This document shows positions 21,843-32,736 of a stretch of DNA of 64,000 nt, in pieces (position 1 is the first letter of the stretch; each line of letters begins with the position of its first letter). Origin of the DNA: Naegleria gruberi. Lineage: Eukaryota. The stretch is taken from NCBI GenBank assembly GCA_000004985.1, contig GG738902.1; one strand, given 5' to 3'. The notes under the pieces were generated by a model that was not told the origin of the DNA, did no database searches, and saw only the letters and a program-made list of their open reading frames with translations. Made by a program: the position numbers and the translations under genes.

Positions 21843-23195
21843 ATGAAAAAATTCAAACAAATGTTCAATAGAAAGAAACCAGGTACTATCATTCCGCTTC
21901 ATGATCTATCATCTAATATCCAACAAGATGAAGATGAATCTAATTTGTATTCGGAAATAAAAAGTAGTAATCATAATTTCAAGGAAGTGGATTGGTTCGA
22001 AGACTTGGATCAAAAGAATAATTTTAATAATAATAATAATTGGAATGTTGATGAGGAGACTTTTAATTTGGATTATATTAACGAAGAAAATATTAAAGAG
22101 GATATTACTCCTATCATAACAGTGACCAACGATCATGGTGATGATGAAATTACTTTAGCGTACTATCAATCTAAAGATGATCAAAGTGATAATACAAGCA
22201 ATGACGATGATGAAGAATTAGATTTAGAACAGGAATTTGAAATCATTCCAAACTCAAGTCTTCCAAAGTTGGAGAGAATGAATTCACTAAAGGAGTGGAA
22301 TGCATCCTCAAAACCATTCTTAAATCAAGATACCTTTTTCTGTATATATGTATATTTAGAGGACGTGTTTGATATTTTGAGACTTTCTCAAGTATGTCAA
22401 GCAAGTAATGCAGCATTTAGAGATCCTTACTTGTGGAGAAATGAAATTAAGAAGAGAACAATCACCTCAATGAATCTCTATCCAGAATTAAATAATTCAG
22501 TGGTTGATGAGAAATCTGGAAAACAAGAAAGAATGGATGTGATTTATAAATACTGTAGATTATTAATGGATAACAAAATGGATGGAATTAGACGTTTTGA
22601 CGGCATAAGGAAGGCACAAAAAACATCTGAGATTGCCAATATTGAAAAACAAAAACAAGCAATCAAAGATTCTGAACAAAAACTACTTGGATTAATAGCT
22701 TTAACGGTTGTATCTTTCCTATTGGGGTTAGATTTCCTCAGACTAATTATGAGAATGATTGCTTATTTAATTTACTTTGTTGCAAGTTTTGTTGTACCAA
22801 TAATTATTTGGTATTACTATTCAAGTGCTTCACAAAGAAAAGAAAAAGGTATTGCTTTCAAACGTTACGGCCTTCCAATTTGCTTTTTCAGCGCAGCTGT
22901 ATTCATATCTCAGTTCTCATTTGTAAATACTATCATTATGATTGCATGTACCTTATTTACTGGATATTTGAGTGGTCACCTAATTGTGGAAAGGAGAGTT
23001 AAAAAACAATATGTAGCACTGAACGAAAACATTAGTTCTATCAGGAGAGAGATTGATTGTCTAGAGAAGGAAACCTCAGAGAAAGTAGAGCAATTAATGA
23101 AAATTTCTCGAAAAATACCATTAGGATACAGACCAACCACCAATAGACGAGAAAGTCCACCAGCTGCCTCTAACAATATCTGTATGATTCAATAA
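21843..23195 (+). CDS. F-box-like protein with C-terminal transmembrane helices.
   Basis: An F-box-like motif (...FFCIYVYLEDVFDILRLSQVCQASNAAFRDPYLW), an acidic Asn-rich N-terminal region and three hydrophobic helices (LLGLIALTVVSFLLGL..., AYLIYFVASFVVPIIIWYYY, ...FFSAAVFISQFSFVNTIIMIA). It is in the same frame as the upstream kelch ORF and separated from it only by TAA AAA. Confidence 0.5.
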   Translation: MKKFKQMFNRKKPGTIIPLHDLSSNIQQDEDESNLYSEIKSSNHNFKEVDWFEDLDQKNNFNNNNNWNVDEETFNLDYINEENIKEDITPIITVTNDHGDDEITLAYYQSKDDQSDNTSNDDDEELDLEQEFEIIPNSSLPKLERMNSLKEWNASSKPFLNQDTFFCIYVYLEDVFDILRLSQVCQASNAAFRDPYLWRNEIKKRTITSMNLYPELNNSVVDEKSGKQERMDVIYKYCRLLMDNKMDGIRRFDGIRKAQKTSEIANIEKQKQAIKDSEQKLLGLIALTVVSFLLGLDFLRLIMRMIAYLIYFVASFVVPIIIWYYYSSASQRKEKGIAFKRYGLPICFFSAAVFISQFSFVNTIIMIACTLFTGYLSGHLIVERRVKKQYVALNENISSIRREIDCLEKETSEKVEQLMKISRKIPLGYRPTTNRRESPPAASNNICMIQ

Positions 23196-23262
23196 CAAAT
23201 TATTATTTTATTATTCAATAACAACATCCAGTTTTTAAAAGACTTTGTCAATTACAAAAAAA

Positions 23263-24261
23263 ATGTCTCAAGTCCCACTTACCATTCTACCTCCGTTTGC
23301 TGTTGTCAGTGAAAAAGATCCTATCAATGGCCAAATGTATGAATTCCAATCAATTACCAAGATGGCAACATACTCTTCCTATTCTTTCGAAAAGCTTCGA
23401 TATGAAGACTATATGGGAAAGAAGAAACAAAAAATAGAAACAACAACATCATCGGATCAGGAAATTGCCACAGAATTATTTCAAAGATATGACATTAAAG
23501 CAGACCAAAATGATGATCAATCTATTATTAATGGAAATGTATCATCGGGAAGGAATTCCTATCTTTCTCTGAATATTAGTAGTATTTATTTTAATATTAT
23601 GAGTGGTGATGATTCAGTTGAGAAGAGATCAAGTGATGTGGCTATCGTAATGGCAGATTCAAAGGTATTATGTCACAAAATAATACTCTTGTGTAGATCA
23701 CCTGTATTTAAGAAATTATTTGAAATGTATCCTGATTGTAAACTTATTTCCATTCCATCTATCAAAAAGCCAATTATGGAAGTATTAATACAGTATATTT
23801 ATACTGGACAGATTGATAATGAACATTTAATTATTCATGATTATGTAATAGATGTGTTTGAGGCTGCAATTTTATTACAAATGAAACCCTTAATAGAAGT
23901 TCTAGCTAAAATTGTTTCATCAACAACTAGAAATGTATATTTAAGCGCCAAGATATGGACCTGGACCAATAAGATGTATTCTCAAAAAGCATCAAAGAAT
24001 ATTTTCGATAATTATTTCTTAATTGATGAAATTTCAGCAAATATTACATTGGAAGATTCATCAACAGGACTCGATGATTTAATTTCAGATCTTCACACTA
24101 AAACAAAGAACTTGTACTTGGAAAGTTTTGGAATGGAAATTGAAAAATCAACAAATTATTTAGAGGAACAAGGTCCAAACTTTTTGGAAATTCTTTTCAG
24201 ACTGCTTGAGGAACCTGATACCAATTCTTTACTTTCTAAGGATGCTACATCAAGTAAGTAG
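23263..24261 (+). CDS. BTB/POZ-domain protein.
   Basis: The BTB fold is VAIVMADSKVLCHKIILLCRSPVFKKLFE...ISIPSIKKPIMEVLIQYIYTGQI...VIDVFEAAILLQMKPLIE. The true ATG is at 23263; the listed ORF start at 23245 is TTG. Confidence 0.7.
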   Translation: MSQVPLTILPPFAVVSEKDPINGQMYEFQSITKMATYSSYSFEKLRYEDYMGKKKQKIETTTSSDQEIATELFQRYDIKADQNDDQSIINGNVSSGRNSYLSLNISSIYFNIMSGDDSVEKRSSDVAIVMADSKVLCHKIILLCRSPVFKKLFEMYPDCKLISIPSIKKPIMEVLIQYIYTGQIDNEHLIIHDYVIDVFEAAILLQMKPLIEVLAKIVSSTTRNVYLSAKIWTWTNKMYSQKASKNIFDNYFLIDEISANITLEDSSTGLDDLISDLHTKTKNLYLESFGMEIEKSTNYLEEQGPNFLEILFRLLEEPDTNSLLSKDATSSK

Positions 24262-24540
24262 TCTTTAAAAATTCTTTTCTTACAAACAACATTAGAAATA
24301 TTGAAATGGACTGCCAATATCAAGATTAGTACAGCTCAGAAAAGACAATTAATTAAAAAACTTGCAAAAGGTGGATCATTAATTCCAGTAACAATTACAA
24401 CAACATGTTGGGTTGACATTATTCCAATTATAGTTAATGACAGCTCAACTGATGAATGTGTTGAGTTTTTCTTTGAGTGTTGCGTTCAAGAATAAATATT
24501 AATATTTGAATTATTCAAAATTATTTAAATGTTTTTAAAT

Positions 24541-25323
24541 TTACACAGATCTTGTTGCCTTGAAGAAGTTACGTAAGACAAAAACTTGACCAACAGCCAT
24601 AACAACAATTCCAATCATTTCAGCAACACCCCAGAACATAACCTTTTCATTGGTAATTTCAGCCAAGTCTCTGTGACTTTCTTCTCTGGTACGATAGAAC
24701 TTTTGTTCGGTTTGAATTTCCGATAAACCTTCAGTCAATCTCAAAACTGATTTAACAATTGGGTCCTTTTCATCCAATTTACTAAGGTTTGGATCCAAAA
24801 GATCACCAACGTGGATTTCAAAACTAACAGTCTTGGATGTAAGCTTGGACATACGATTGGAGAAGCAGAACTTGTATCGTCCAGTTTCCACAGCAGTAAA
24901 TGTATATTTTCCTTCAGTTTCACCCTTGCTTTCGTGAACAAGAACTCCACTTGGAGCATTAATATAAAGATCAACATCTAAATATCCTCCGCTTGATACT
25001 TGGAATTGTAAAAGCACTTTGGCCTTTAATTTTCCAAAACATAATCAATTTGAATACAATCCAATAAATAATCATACAATCATGGCCATGATCAAATAGA
25101 TTAATAATTCAAAAACATCATCGGGGACAAACAACAATAACAAATTTTCCACCACCAATATAATTTTCAAATGACTTACATTCACTTTCTTAACATCCTC
25201 CCAAAAACATTGTTCACTCAATGGTTCAATCTTTACAGACAAGGCATCTGTTCTTTGTACCATCAAAATTGCTACCATCATCAGCACGGCAGCAGCCAAG
25301 CACATTAAACGCTTTGTATGCAT
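24541..25323 (-). CDS. p24/emp24/gp25L cargo receptor (GOLD domain). It has 2 exons, 25180-25323 and 24541-25023.
   Basis: Exon 1 encodes a signal peptide followed by ...CFWEDVKKVN. Exon 2 reads AKVLLQFQVSSGGYLDVDLYI...GKYTFTAVETGRYKFCFSN...FEIHVG, then a coiled coil, a transmembrane helix and a C-terminal FFKATRSV tail. Intron 25024-25179 runs from GTAAGT to TTAAAG. Confidence 0.8.
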
Positions 25324-25356
25324 TTTTTAATTTATTTTTATAAAAAATTGTAAAAA

Positions 25357-28023
25357 ATGCTGGCAGGGACATCGTCATCAAGCAATGCTGCTAATTTGTT
25401 CCCTGTAGGGCATTCATCATCATCAGGTCATGTTGTTGTTGGTGGTGGAGGTGTTTTATCGTCATCATCAGCATCAGCATCGATGGTTGTAGGAACAACA
25501 ACAACCAATTCTACAACAACATCAGGAGTAGCAAATAATATGAAACCGTGTTATTATACATTCTTTTCTGATGATTGTACTTCTCCTCTTCAACAACAAC
25601 CATCAAAATCAAAATTTCCATCATCTCCGAATTCTAGTGGTAGTGGTGGATCAGTTCCACACTTTATTAGTAAACAAGAGAAGGAAAGATTAAAATTAAA
25701 TGCTAAAAAGACTGTTAGTTTGGCTTTCATAGGAATGGGAAATCATAAGGCTATTGATATTACAAATCAAGTTTTAAAAAAGCAAGTATTTTACGACAAA
25801 ACTAAAACAAATACTGTGCCGAATAATCAGCCAACAAACACATCAACAAAATCAACATCCGAAAATAGTGGATTTGTTATTTTAAATAATGTTGTAAATT
25901 CCAATATCTCCGATCAACAAGGTTCCACTCCAAGAAAACAACATCAAATATCTATTGATTCTTACCATGATGTGGATCAAAATAAGGTTTATTTATTTGC
26001 TGACCTTATGCAAACACCTGAACATTGTAAAACATTCACTGAACAATTCTTACCTTACAAAATGTCAACAGTTGGCCAAACAAATTCTGGATATCAAAAT
26101 ATCTTGACACCAAACACCAATCATTCCTTTGATTTGGAGCATGCTATTGATTTTGAAAGAGTTTTACAAACTCTCTTATTTTTATTCCAAACATCACATA
26201 TGATTTTCTTTATTTTACCTTCATCTCAAAATAGTGGCAGTGTTTGTTCAAGTCTTCACCAAAATTTACTTTCTTTATTCAGAGTTTTACAAATTAGTAA
26301 GCAATATGTTAACTCAAAGGTTTTGGACGTAATCCATCAAGAAAAATCACAAACTACACCAACAAATCCAACCAATGAGAATCCGACTATGAAGATGATT
26401 AACACTATTCTCACAAGTCCAGTCATGTTGTCACTATATAGTCCAGGAAGAGTTTTACCTGTTATTTCCTTTATTTTCGTTCAGGAAAGAGAAAATTGGA
26501 ATAAGATGGCCAGTTTATGTGAACAACAAAAATTAAATGTTGATGATGAATTGGACGAATACATGCTGAACAGAATGCAAAATGGAGTTGAAAATCAAGT
26601 GAGGAATCATATTTTAAAGAAGGGAAAGTTCTCGGGTGTAGATTCTATCAAGACACCTCTTTTCATGATGGATCCAAACACTTGCACATTTGTAATTGTT
26701 GAGCCTGAAGATTCAGAAATTTCTCCATTCGGAACAAAGGTTTCTCTCGAACATTCAAGAAAGGCCCTCTTCTCCTTAAGTGATATTTCTGATAGTGAAG
26801 CTCTTCAAAAATCTAGTATCAACTCTAGAGCCCATCACAAATCAAAAAAGCCATCAGATTCTGCTCAAAGCCGTGAAACTTATATTGGTGTCAACAAGAT
26901 TGCTGGTTTCATTCAAAAGCAATTGGATTATTTTACCAAGCAAATGCAAGCTGGTAAAAGATTTATCTTGCCAACCTCATTGAATTGGTATCAAGCAACT
27001 TTTGCATTTGAAGAATTGTTTTCTCTTAATAATGAGGAATTGCAAAAGATTTTAGTAGACAAGACAAAGGATATTATCCATCCAAACTTTTCATTCTCTG
27101 ACAAGCGTTGCTCTCATGCGTTCAAGATAGCTACAGATCACTTCTTGCAAAAGGTACAAGCTTCTCAATCTACAAATGCAAAAATGATTGAGTTGGTCAA
27201 TGAAACAATTTCCAAGTACAAGACTTTTGCTTGTGGATATTTCTCCTCTCACTATAACCAACAACTTCAAACTTTCCTTCAAGCAAACACTCCAAAGCCA
27301 TCTCAAACACAACCTCAAAAGTTCGTTCCTTATCAATTTGTTACTGGTTGTCCAATTTCACAAATTTCTATTCAAAAAATTGGTGATTATACTTCTATGA
27401 ATGGAAGAAATGGAGCTATCAGAAGAGGAAATCAAATTATTAACTTTATTCAAGTACATACCATGTTATCTAGAGATAGATACCAAAAGAGAAAGAAGAA
27501 AAAGCCAACAAATAACCAAGAATACGCCCAAGATACTGAAGGAAATGATACATTCTTGATTGCTTTTGAATATGAAACTCCAAGAAAGGAATATGTTCTT
27601 AATCTTGATCAATTGACTCAATTATTCAAGCAAACTCATCCTACTGAAGGTCTTGTCAGTGCTTTGGATATGATTCAAAAAACCAGTATCCCTCTCTTCC
27701 TTCCTTCAAATTGGTTCTTATCTGACAAGAAAGGATCATTTGCCAGATTGAAGCAAATCACTATTGGAATTCCAGATGCTGATTTGACAAATACCATCAC
27801 CTTCTCACCTAAAATTTCTGTTCCTGTAAAGCAAGAAGGACCAACACCTGCCACCACTATTGTAGCTCCAAAGATTTTCCCTCTCTGCAACATCAAACAA
27901 GGAATTGTTTTTGGAAGAAATCAATTTTTAACTATTGATATTGATTATGATAGTAACCAACTTAACAATTATGAAGATGTTACTCAATTATTCCTCTACT
28001 CAAATTCTATTCAAATCAACTAA
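25357..28023 (+). CDS. SMG8-like protein (nonsense-mediated decay factor family), 888 aa.
   Basis: After a Ser/Thr-rich N-terminus, VSLAFIGMGNHKAIDITNQVLKKQVFYDKT resembles the SMG8 N-terminal G-domain-like motif (VVGIFGKTALRLNSEKFSLVNTVCDRQVF). The hydrophobic core LQTLLFLFQTSHMIFFILPSS is also similar. The rest of the large protein has no other assignable domain. Confidence 0.4.
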   Translation: MLAGTSSSSNAANLFPVGHSSSSGHVVVGGGGVLSSSSASASMVVGTTTTNSTTTSGVANNMKPCYYTFFSDDCTSPLQQQPSKSKFPSSPNSSGSGGSVPHFISKQEKERLKLNAKKTVSLAFIGMGNHKAIDITNQVLKKQVFYDKTKTNTVPNNQPTNTSTKSTSENSGFVILNNVVNSNISDQQGSTPRKQHQISIDSYHDVDQNKVYLFADLMQTPEHCKTFTEQFLPYKMSTVGQTNSGYQNILTPNTNHSFDLEHAIDFERVLQTLLFLFQTSHMIFFILPSSQNSGSVCSSLHQNLLSLFRVLQISKQYVNSKVLDVIHQEKSQTTPTNPTNENPTMKMINTILTSPVMLSLYSPGRVLPVISFIFVQERENWNKMASLCEQQKLNVDDELDEYMLNRMQNGVENQVRNHILKKGKFSGVDSIKTPLFMMDPNTCTFVIVEPEDSEISPFGTKVSLEHSRKALFSLSDISDSEALQKSSINSRAHHKSKKPSDSAQSRETYIGVNKIAGFIQKQLDYFTKQMQAGKRFILPTSLNWYQATFAFEELFSLNNEELQKILVDKTKDIIHPNFSFSDKRCSHAFKIATDHFLQKVQASQSTNAKMIELVNETISKYKTFACGYFSSHYNQQLQTFLQANTPKPSQTQPQKFVPYQFVTGCPISQISIQKIGDYTSMNGRNGAIRRGNQIINFIQVHTMLSRDRYQKRKKKKPTNNQEYAQDTEGNDTFLIAFEYETPRKEYVLNLDQLTQLFKQTHPTEGLVSALDMIQKTSIPLFLPSNWFLSDKKGSFARLKQITIGIPDADLTNTITFSPKISVPVKQEGPTPATTIVAPKIFPLCNIKQGIVFGRNQFLTIDIDYDSNQLNNYEDVTQLFLYSNSIQIN

Positions 28024-28327
28024 TACTTGGGCTTAGTATTTGCGACTTTTCCTTGCGCATTGAGTCTTTACTCTTTCAGATACACATTTCATTGTGTTAA
28101 AAAAATCATCATATTTGGCTACTTGTCGACTGGAGAAAATTTTAGAACTTTCTTTACCAACACTTTGAAAATCGTCTCAATTATTTCACATTCTCGGCTT
28201 TCAATAAAGTTCCAACAATCGTATGTGTTGTTTCATTCTATCCTTTACCCATTCAATTCAATTATGCATTATTTTAAAAACTAATTAATATTTAAAAAGA
28301 ATTTCAACAAAAAATTGAAAAAGAAAA

Positions 28328-29845
28328 ATGAGTTCATTATTAAAGAGAAATTTACGCACTTGGATGAAAACTGGAAAACCAATCAATTTCCTTCCCTCGT
28401 TATCCTCATCATCCAATTATCATCACCATCAGTTAATTATTACCAACACAAATACTAGTCACTTGAGCAATCAGTACAATAGAATCGGAAGTGGTTGCAT
28501 GAATAATTCTTCATCTTGCTATCACACTTGTCTTTTCAATTCTTCTAACAATTCATCATCCACAACAATAACAAGTGATACAATTGTTTCCCTCATTCAA
28601 CAAGTAAAATCCATTATTCCAGCCAATGCAAGAGTATTACAATATGAACAATCAGAAGAAAAGAAGAGTTTAATCTTTTCACTTGCTCAACAAATTCAAT
28701 CCATTGTTAGAATGAAGAGAAATTCAGAAGAAGAAGTATCATCATTGAAATTGGAATTATTTGAAAAGGATTTACTTTTAACACCAGAAGCTTGTGTTGA
28801 TGTCTTGCTTTCTCTTTATTATTATCATCAATTTGCTGGAGATTTATCAAAGAAATCATTATATGATAATATTTTCTCAAGTATTAATCATGCTATTGAG
28901 AGTAGTATTGAAAAACCAAGTCCTGTACTCTACCACTTGAAAGGAATGTTTTTACAAAGATATTCCAGAGATGTTTTACTGCCAAGCTTTAAACAAGAAG
29001 AAGCTGTTGATAAATGCACAGAGGGTATTAAGAGTTTTGAAAAAGCTTTAAGGTTATATGAAAATAGTGAACTCAAGGATTCTAAGGAACTATACTATGT
29101 TCATGGAGATATTGCTATTTTGAATTTGTGGTTGTCAAATATGTTTAAAGCTCTTGCTTTTGTGAGACCAAACATCAGTCAATTTGAAGAATCTGAAACA
29201 GAAAAGGAATTCCAAAGAATGATTGAACAACAATTTTCTGAAGATGCTGTCAGAGAACAATTGGAAAATATGTCCAAGTCTAAGCCAGTTCAATCTGTTC
29301 CAGAAATGGAAAATTTGTTTTATCAAACTGGTGAAAGAGCTATCAAACATTTTAAAAAATCATTTGAAAAAGTAAGAGAAGCCAAGACAGTTTATGCCTA
29401 TGCTGGTGCTTTATTCTTAATGGAAAAAGTTCCAGAAGCAATCAACGGTTATGGAATGCTCTTTGAAAATAATAGAGAATTATATAATGATTTAATTGAA
29501 GAAACTCTCAAGAAGGAAACAACAGTCAACTATTCACTTTGTTTATATCACAATCATTCATTTTCACAAGCTAAGGATATTTTGAGTGAAACTCTTAAGG
29601 AATTCCCTGATGAAGCTCCACTGGAGGCATTCTTACTTCATCTTCAAGTTGCTGAAGACCCATCATCATTCAATGGAGAGAAAGGAAAGCAAGCTATTCA
29701 AAAATTCAAGAAATATTACTTTGTAATTGAGCAATTAGAAAGAGAAATGTCTAGAGGTGATATTCAAAAGATTAGTTATGATCCAAGACAACTTCAATTT
29801 TTCAAGAATATCTGTCAAGCTTACATGTCTGAATTAAAACAATAA
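28328..29845 (+). CDS. Hypothetical helical protein of 505 aa, possibly TPR-like, with a mitochondrial-presequence-like N-terminus.
   Basis: A clean ATG with an A-rich context, a basic Ser-rich N-terminus and a largely alpha-helical repeat-like body. No catalytic motifs. Confidence 0.4.
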   Translation: MSSLLKRNLRTWMKTGKPINFLPSLSSSSNYHHHQLIITNTNTSHLSNQYNRIGSGCMNNSSSCYHTCLFNSSNNSSSTTITSDTIVSLIQQVKSIIPANARVLQYEQSEEKKSLIFSLAQQIQSIVRMKRNSEEEVSSLKLELFEKDLLLTPEACVDVLLSLYYYHQFAGDLSKKSLYDNIFSSINHAIESSIEKPSPVLYHLKGMFLQRYSRDVLLPSFKQEEAVDKCTEGIKSFEKALRLYENSELKDSKELYYVHGDIAILNLWLSNMFKALAFVRPNISQFEESETEKEFQRMIEQQFSEDAVREQLENMSKSKPVQSVPEMENLFYQTGERAIKHFKKSFEKVREAKTVYAYAGALFLMEKVPEAINGYGMLFENNRELYNDLIEETLKKETTVNYSLCLYHNHSFSQAKDILSETLKEFPDEAPLEAFLLHLQVAEDPSSFNGEKGKQAIQKFKKYYFVIEQLEREMSRGDIQKISYDPRQLQFFKNICQAYMSELKQ

Positions 29846-29855
29846 ATCAATTGAT

Positions 29856-30596
29856 TTATTTCTTCTTTGGCTTAACTTCTGGAATAGCAACTTCACCACC
29901 ATAATAAATAGCATCCATTTCCTTTTGAGAAATCTTCTTTCTTCTATATTGAGCTGGCAGATCACTAGCTGATGAATAGACGAGGACGCTTCCACGAACA
30001 GTAGGAGCAGCTGGAGCAACAGGCTTTGGTTGTGGAATGGTTGGTTGTGGCTTAGTTTCTTGTGGTTTAGCTTGTTCAATTTCGTCTCTCTTGCCATATC
30101 TAAACTTAATCATTGGTTCTCTCTTGTGGGCGGAAGAGGATGGTGTAGTGGTGGTGGTAGTAGTTGGAGTAGAAGCAGCTGGCTTACTTTCAGATGATTG
30201 AGTAGTGGCTGGTTTAGAAGCATCAGATGATGATGACGGAGCAGAAGCATCAGTATCAATAATAAATAAATCTCTTCCGATTTCAACCTTTTCTCCAATT
30301 TTTGGAACCAAAATCTTTGTGATCACTCCGGATTGTGGTGCTTTAACTTCTGCTTGTACTTTATCAGTATCTAAAGCAACAATAACTTCATCTTCCTTAC
30401 AAAAGTCTCCCTCCTTTTTAAACCAAGATCCAATTTCACCATCACTAATAGATTCTCCAAGTGTTGGTACTTTAACAGTTAAACTAGCAAATGGTGTAAT
30501 TTGTTGATGATAATTTCTCATCGACATGGAGGAAACCATTTTACTACTACAATTCAAGAATCGCTTCATATTACCTGCTCTATTGACAATAAACAT
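29856..30596 (-). CDS. Lipoyl-attachment-domain protein of 246 aa. It has an E2/E3BP-like N-terminal lipoyl domain, a Pro/Thr/Ser linker and a short C-terminal domain, but no acyltransferase catalytic domain.
   Basis: A presequence-like N-terminus is followed by VKVPTLGESISDGEIGSWFKKEGDFCKEDEVIVALDTDKVQAEVKAPQSGVITKILV, a lipoyl-lysine DK motif. Next comes a linker PTTTTTTTPSS, then ...SQKEMDAIYYGG... Single exon. Confidence 0.65.
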   Translation of the reverse strand: MFIVNRAGNMKRFLNCSSKMVSSMSMRNYHQQITPFASLTVKVPTLGESISDGEIGSWFKKEGDFCKEDEVIVALDTDKVQAEVKAPQSGVITKILVPKIGEKVEIGRDLFIIDTDASAPSSSSDASKPATTQSSESKPAASTPTTTTTTTPSSSAHKREPMIKFRYGKRDEIEQAKPQETKPQPTIPQPKPVAPAAPTVRGSVLVYSSASDLPAQYRRKKISQKEMDAIYYGGEVAIPEVKPKKK

Positions 30597-31983
30597 TTTT
30601 TTATAATTTTATTATTTTAGAAAATAAAAATGATGAAAATGTCGCGCGAAAAAGTGCCGAAATTCTCTTAATTTAACCAACACTGGAAGATCAAAGCCTA
30701 TGATGATGAAGATTAGTACAAAAGAGAGATGTAGTTTTGATGATGAAGGTGATGATAATTATAGTGTTGATTGGTTGATAGCATATGGAGAGGTATTAAT
30801 TTATTTAAAGTACAAGTAATTGAGAATTTAATGTTCGGAAGTGAGGAAGATTCTCAAAAAAATTAAATTGATTGAATAATTTAATTTAAATTTATTATTT
30901 CAACGCTCTATTTTCTGTACTGTAGTAAATTAAGCCATCAGCTAAGTGAACTGACTGTTCATTGGAATTTATGAATTCTTTCCGATATTCGATTTTTGGT
31001 TAATTTTCTATCAATTCAAAGAGGTCGAAATAGAATATTATAAGTTCAATGAATTTGTAAAGTTTATGAAATTTACTGTGGATTAAACTAATTAAACTAA
31101 TTCAAAACTATTCTAATCAAAGTTGAATAATTACGAGGAAATTCTTCTTACAAATTGCTAAATGCATTACATTATACATTCATCTTATGAAAATGCATTT
31201 TTCAGCTCGTTAACGTTGAAAGATCTTAAGTGTTACAAAGAAGGATCTTTGTATAGATCTGAAAATTAAATGTATTAATTCAATTTTACAATAATTTTGA
31301 GGAGGAAAATTAATTTTTGGTTGAAAACAGATATTCAAAAGCAATTTCGATAATTAATTATACAACCACTAATACAAAATGAACTTTACAATGTTGATAC
31401 AATTCAGCTAAACGACTGAGATTGCAAGTCATACACTTTAGGATGAAGAAATTGTGCAATTTTTGAATGAATTAACCTTTCTCGAATCACATTTCTACTA
31501 ACGTGTTTACGTTCTATTTGAAACTTTCATGGCTTCCTGCAATAGCATCCATCCTCTTGACTTTATTTGTTCAATCTTCGTATTTGAAAACATTCAATTC
31601 TCTTTTAAATACCATTAACTTTCTAAATGGGAAATTTTAAAGTTGACTCAATTGGTGCTATTACAGATTCAATACTTTAATATTTAAAAGGTGTTAATCA
31701 TTTGAAATTGTTTTTGAAATCTTGCACCTGATAAATCCCTGCACAAAACAACTAGCGGAGTTGCAAGAATAGAATTAATCACCCAAATTCATCTCATTAA
31801 TGCGAAATATTTAATATTTCTTTCGAATACCCGGCTGTCTCCTGTTTATCTCAATTTGGCAATTTTTATGTCTGGCAAGAATGAATTAAAGTTGGCAGGC
31901 CTTTCGCTTAATATTGAGACGAAAGACAATAAAAAAATGTCCCAATTACGATCTAGGTTTGTTTCTAAATTGACGTAATTCGA

Positions 31984-32481
31984 ATGACTTTTCTTTTAAA
32001 AACTACCAGCAGCAGTTATCTATTCGAATGGATAGATGGATTATCACCCCAACAACGATTAAACATGTTGTTGTGTGTTTTGAAAATGCTAACTGGCACT
32101 GTTTCAAATACCAGCTGCAATCATGCTACTCCACTCCTTCACGAAAGTCTAAATAATCATCACATGCTAGATTTTACAATTCAATCCAATCAAGTTTTTT
32201 CTGCTCCAACAGATAAAGACCAGATATCGAACTCAATCTCAACATCATCATCATCAGAAGAAGAAGTGGAGAAACCAAACACATTGCTAATTGTAGAAAA
32301 TGGAAAACAACGAAAGAATACAGTGAAGAATGCTTCAAAAAACAATAGTTCGACAAAGATTACAAAAAGGAATAGAAATATTAGAAAAAGATATCAAACA
32401 TTGGTGCTTTCCTTCTTTAATGAACCGTTCAAGATTCAAACGGTGGAAAGTATGAAATCGAAATTTGCCAACAAGGCTTAA
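31984..32481 (+). CDS. Hypothetical protein, weakly supported.
   Basis: A 165-codon ORF in an otherwise ORF-poor AT-rich tract. It has a Ser-rich acidic middle and a basic C-terminus but no domain signal. Confidence 0.2.
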   Translation: MTFLLKTTSSSYLFEWIDGLSPQQRLNMLLCVLKMLTGTVSNTSCNHATPLLHESLNNHHMLDFTIQSNQVFSAPTDKDQISNSISTSSSSEEEVEKPNTLLIVENGKQRKNTVKNASKNNSSTKITKRNRNIRKRYQTLVLSFFNEPFKIQTVESMKSKFANKA

Positions 32482-32736
32482 TTGTTCTTGTAAAGTTGTA
32501 CTAATAAGAAGCATTATGAAAATCATCGTAAAGCAAATAAGTTGGAATGAGAATAAACAGCTGAAGTTATACTAAACTTGACTAAATTAAAATCTTTTTA
32601 ATCTAACGCCATTCCTAAATGGTTCAATTCAAACTTTGTGAATAAGGTGCAAGCTTATGTAAAGCAAATTAATTACACGAGACTGACTTATTGTTGCATT
32701 CGTCCACTTTCTATTTTTGCAATAATTTGAAAAAAA

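Noticed and set aside
30110-30507. ORFs 30110-30298(-) and 30205-30507(+)
   Set aside because: They are embedded in alternative frames and the opposite strand of the lipoyl-domain gene, which has a clear conserved frame.
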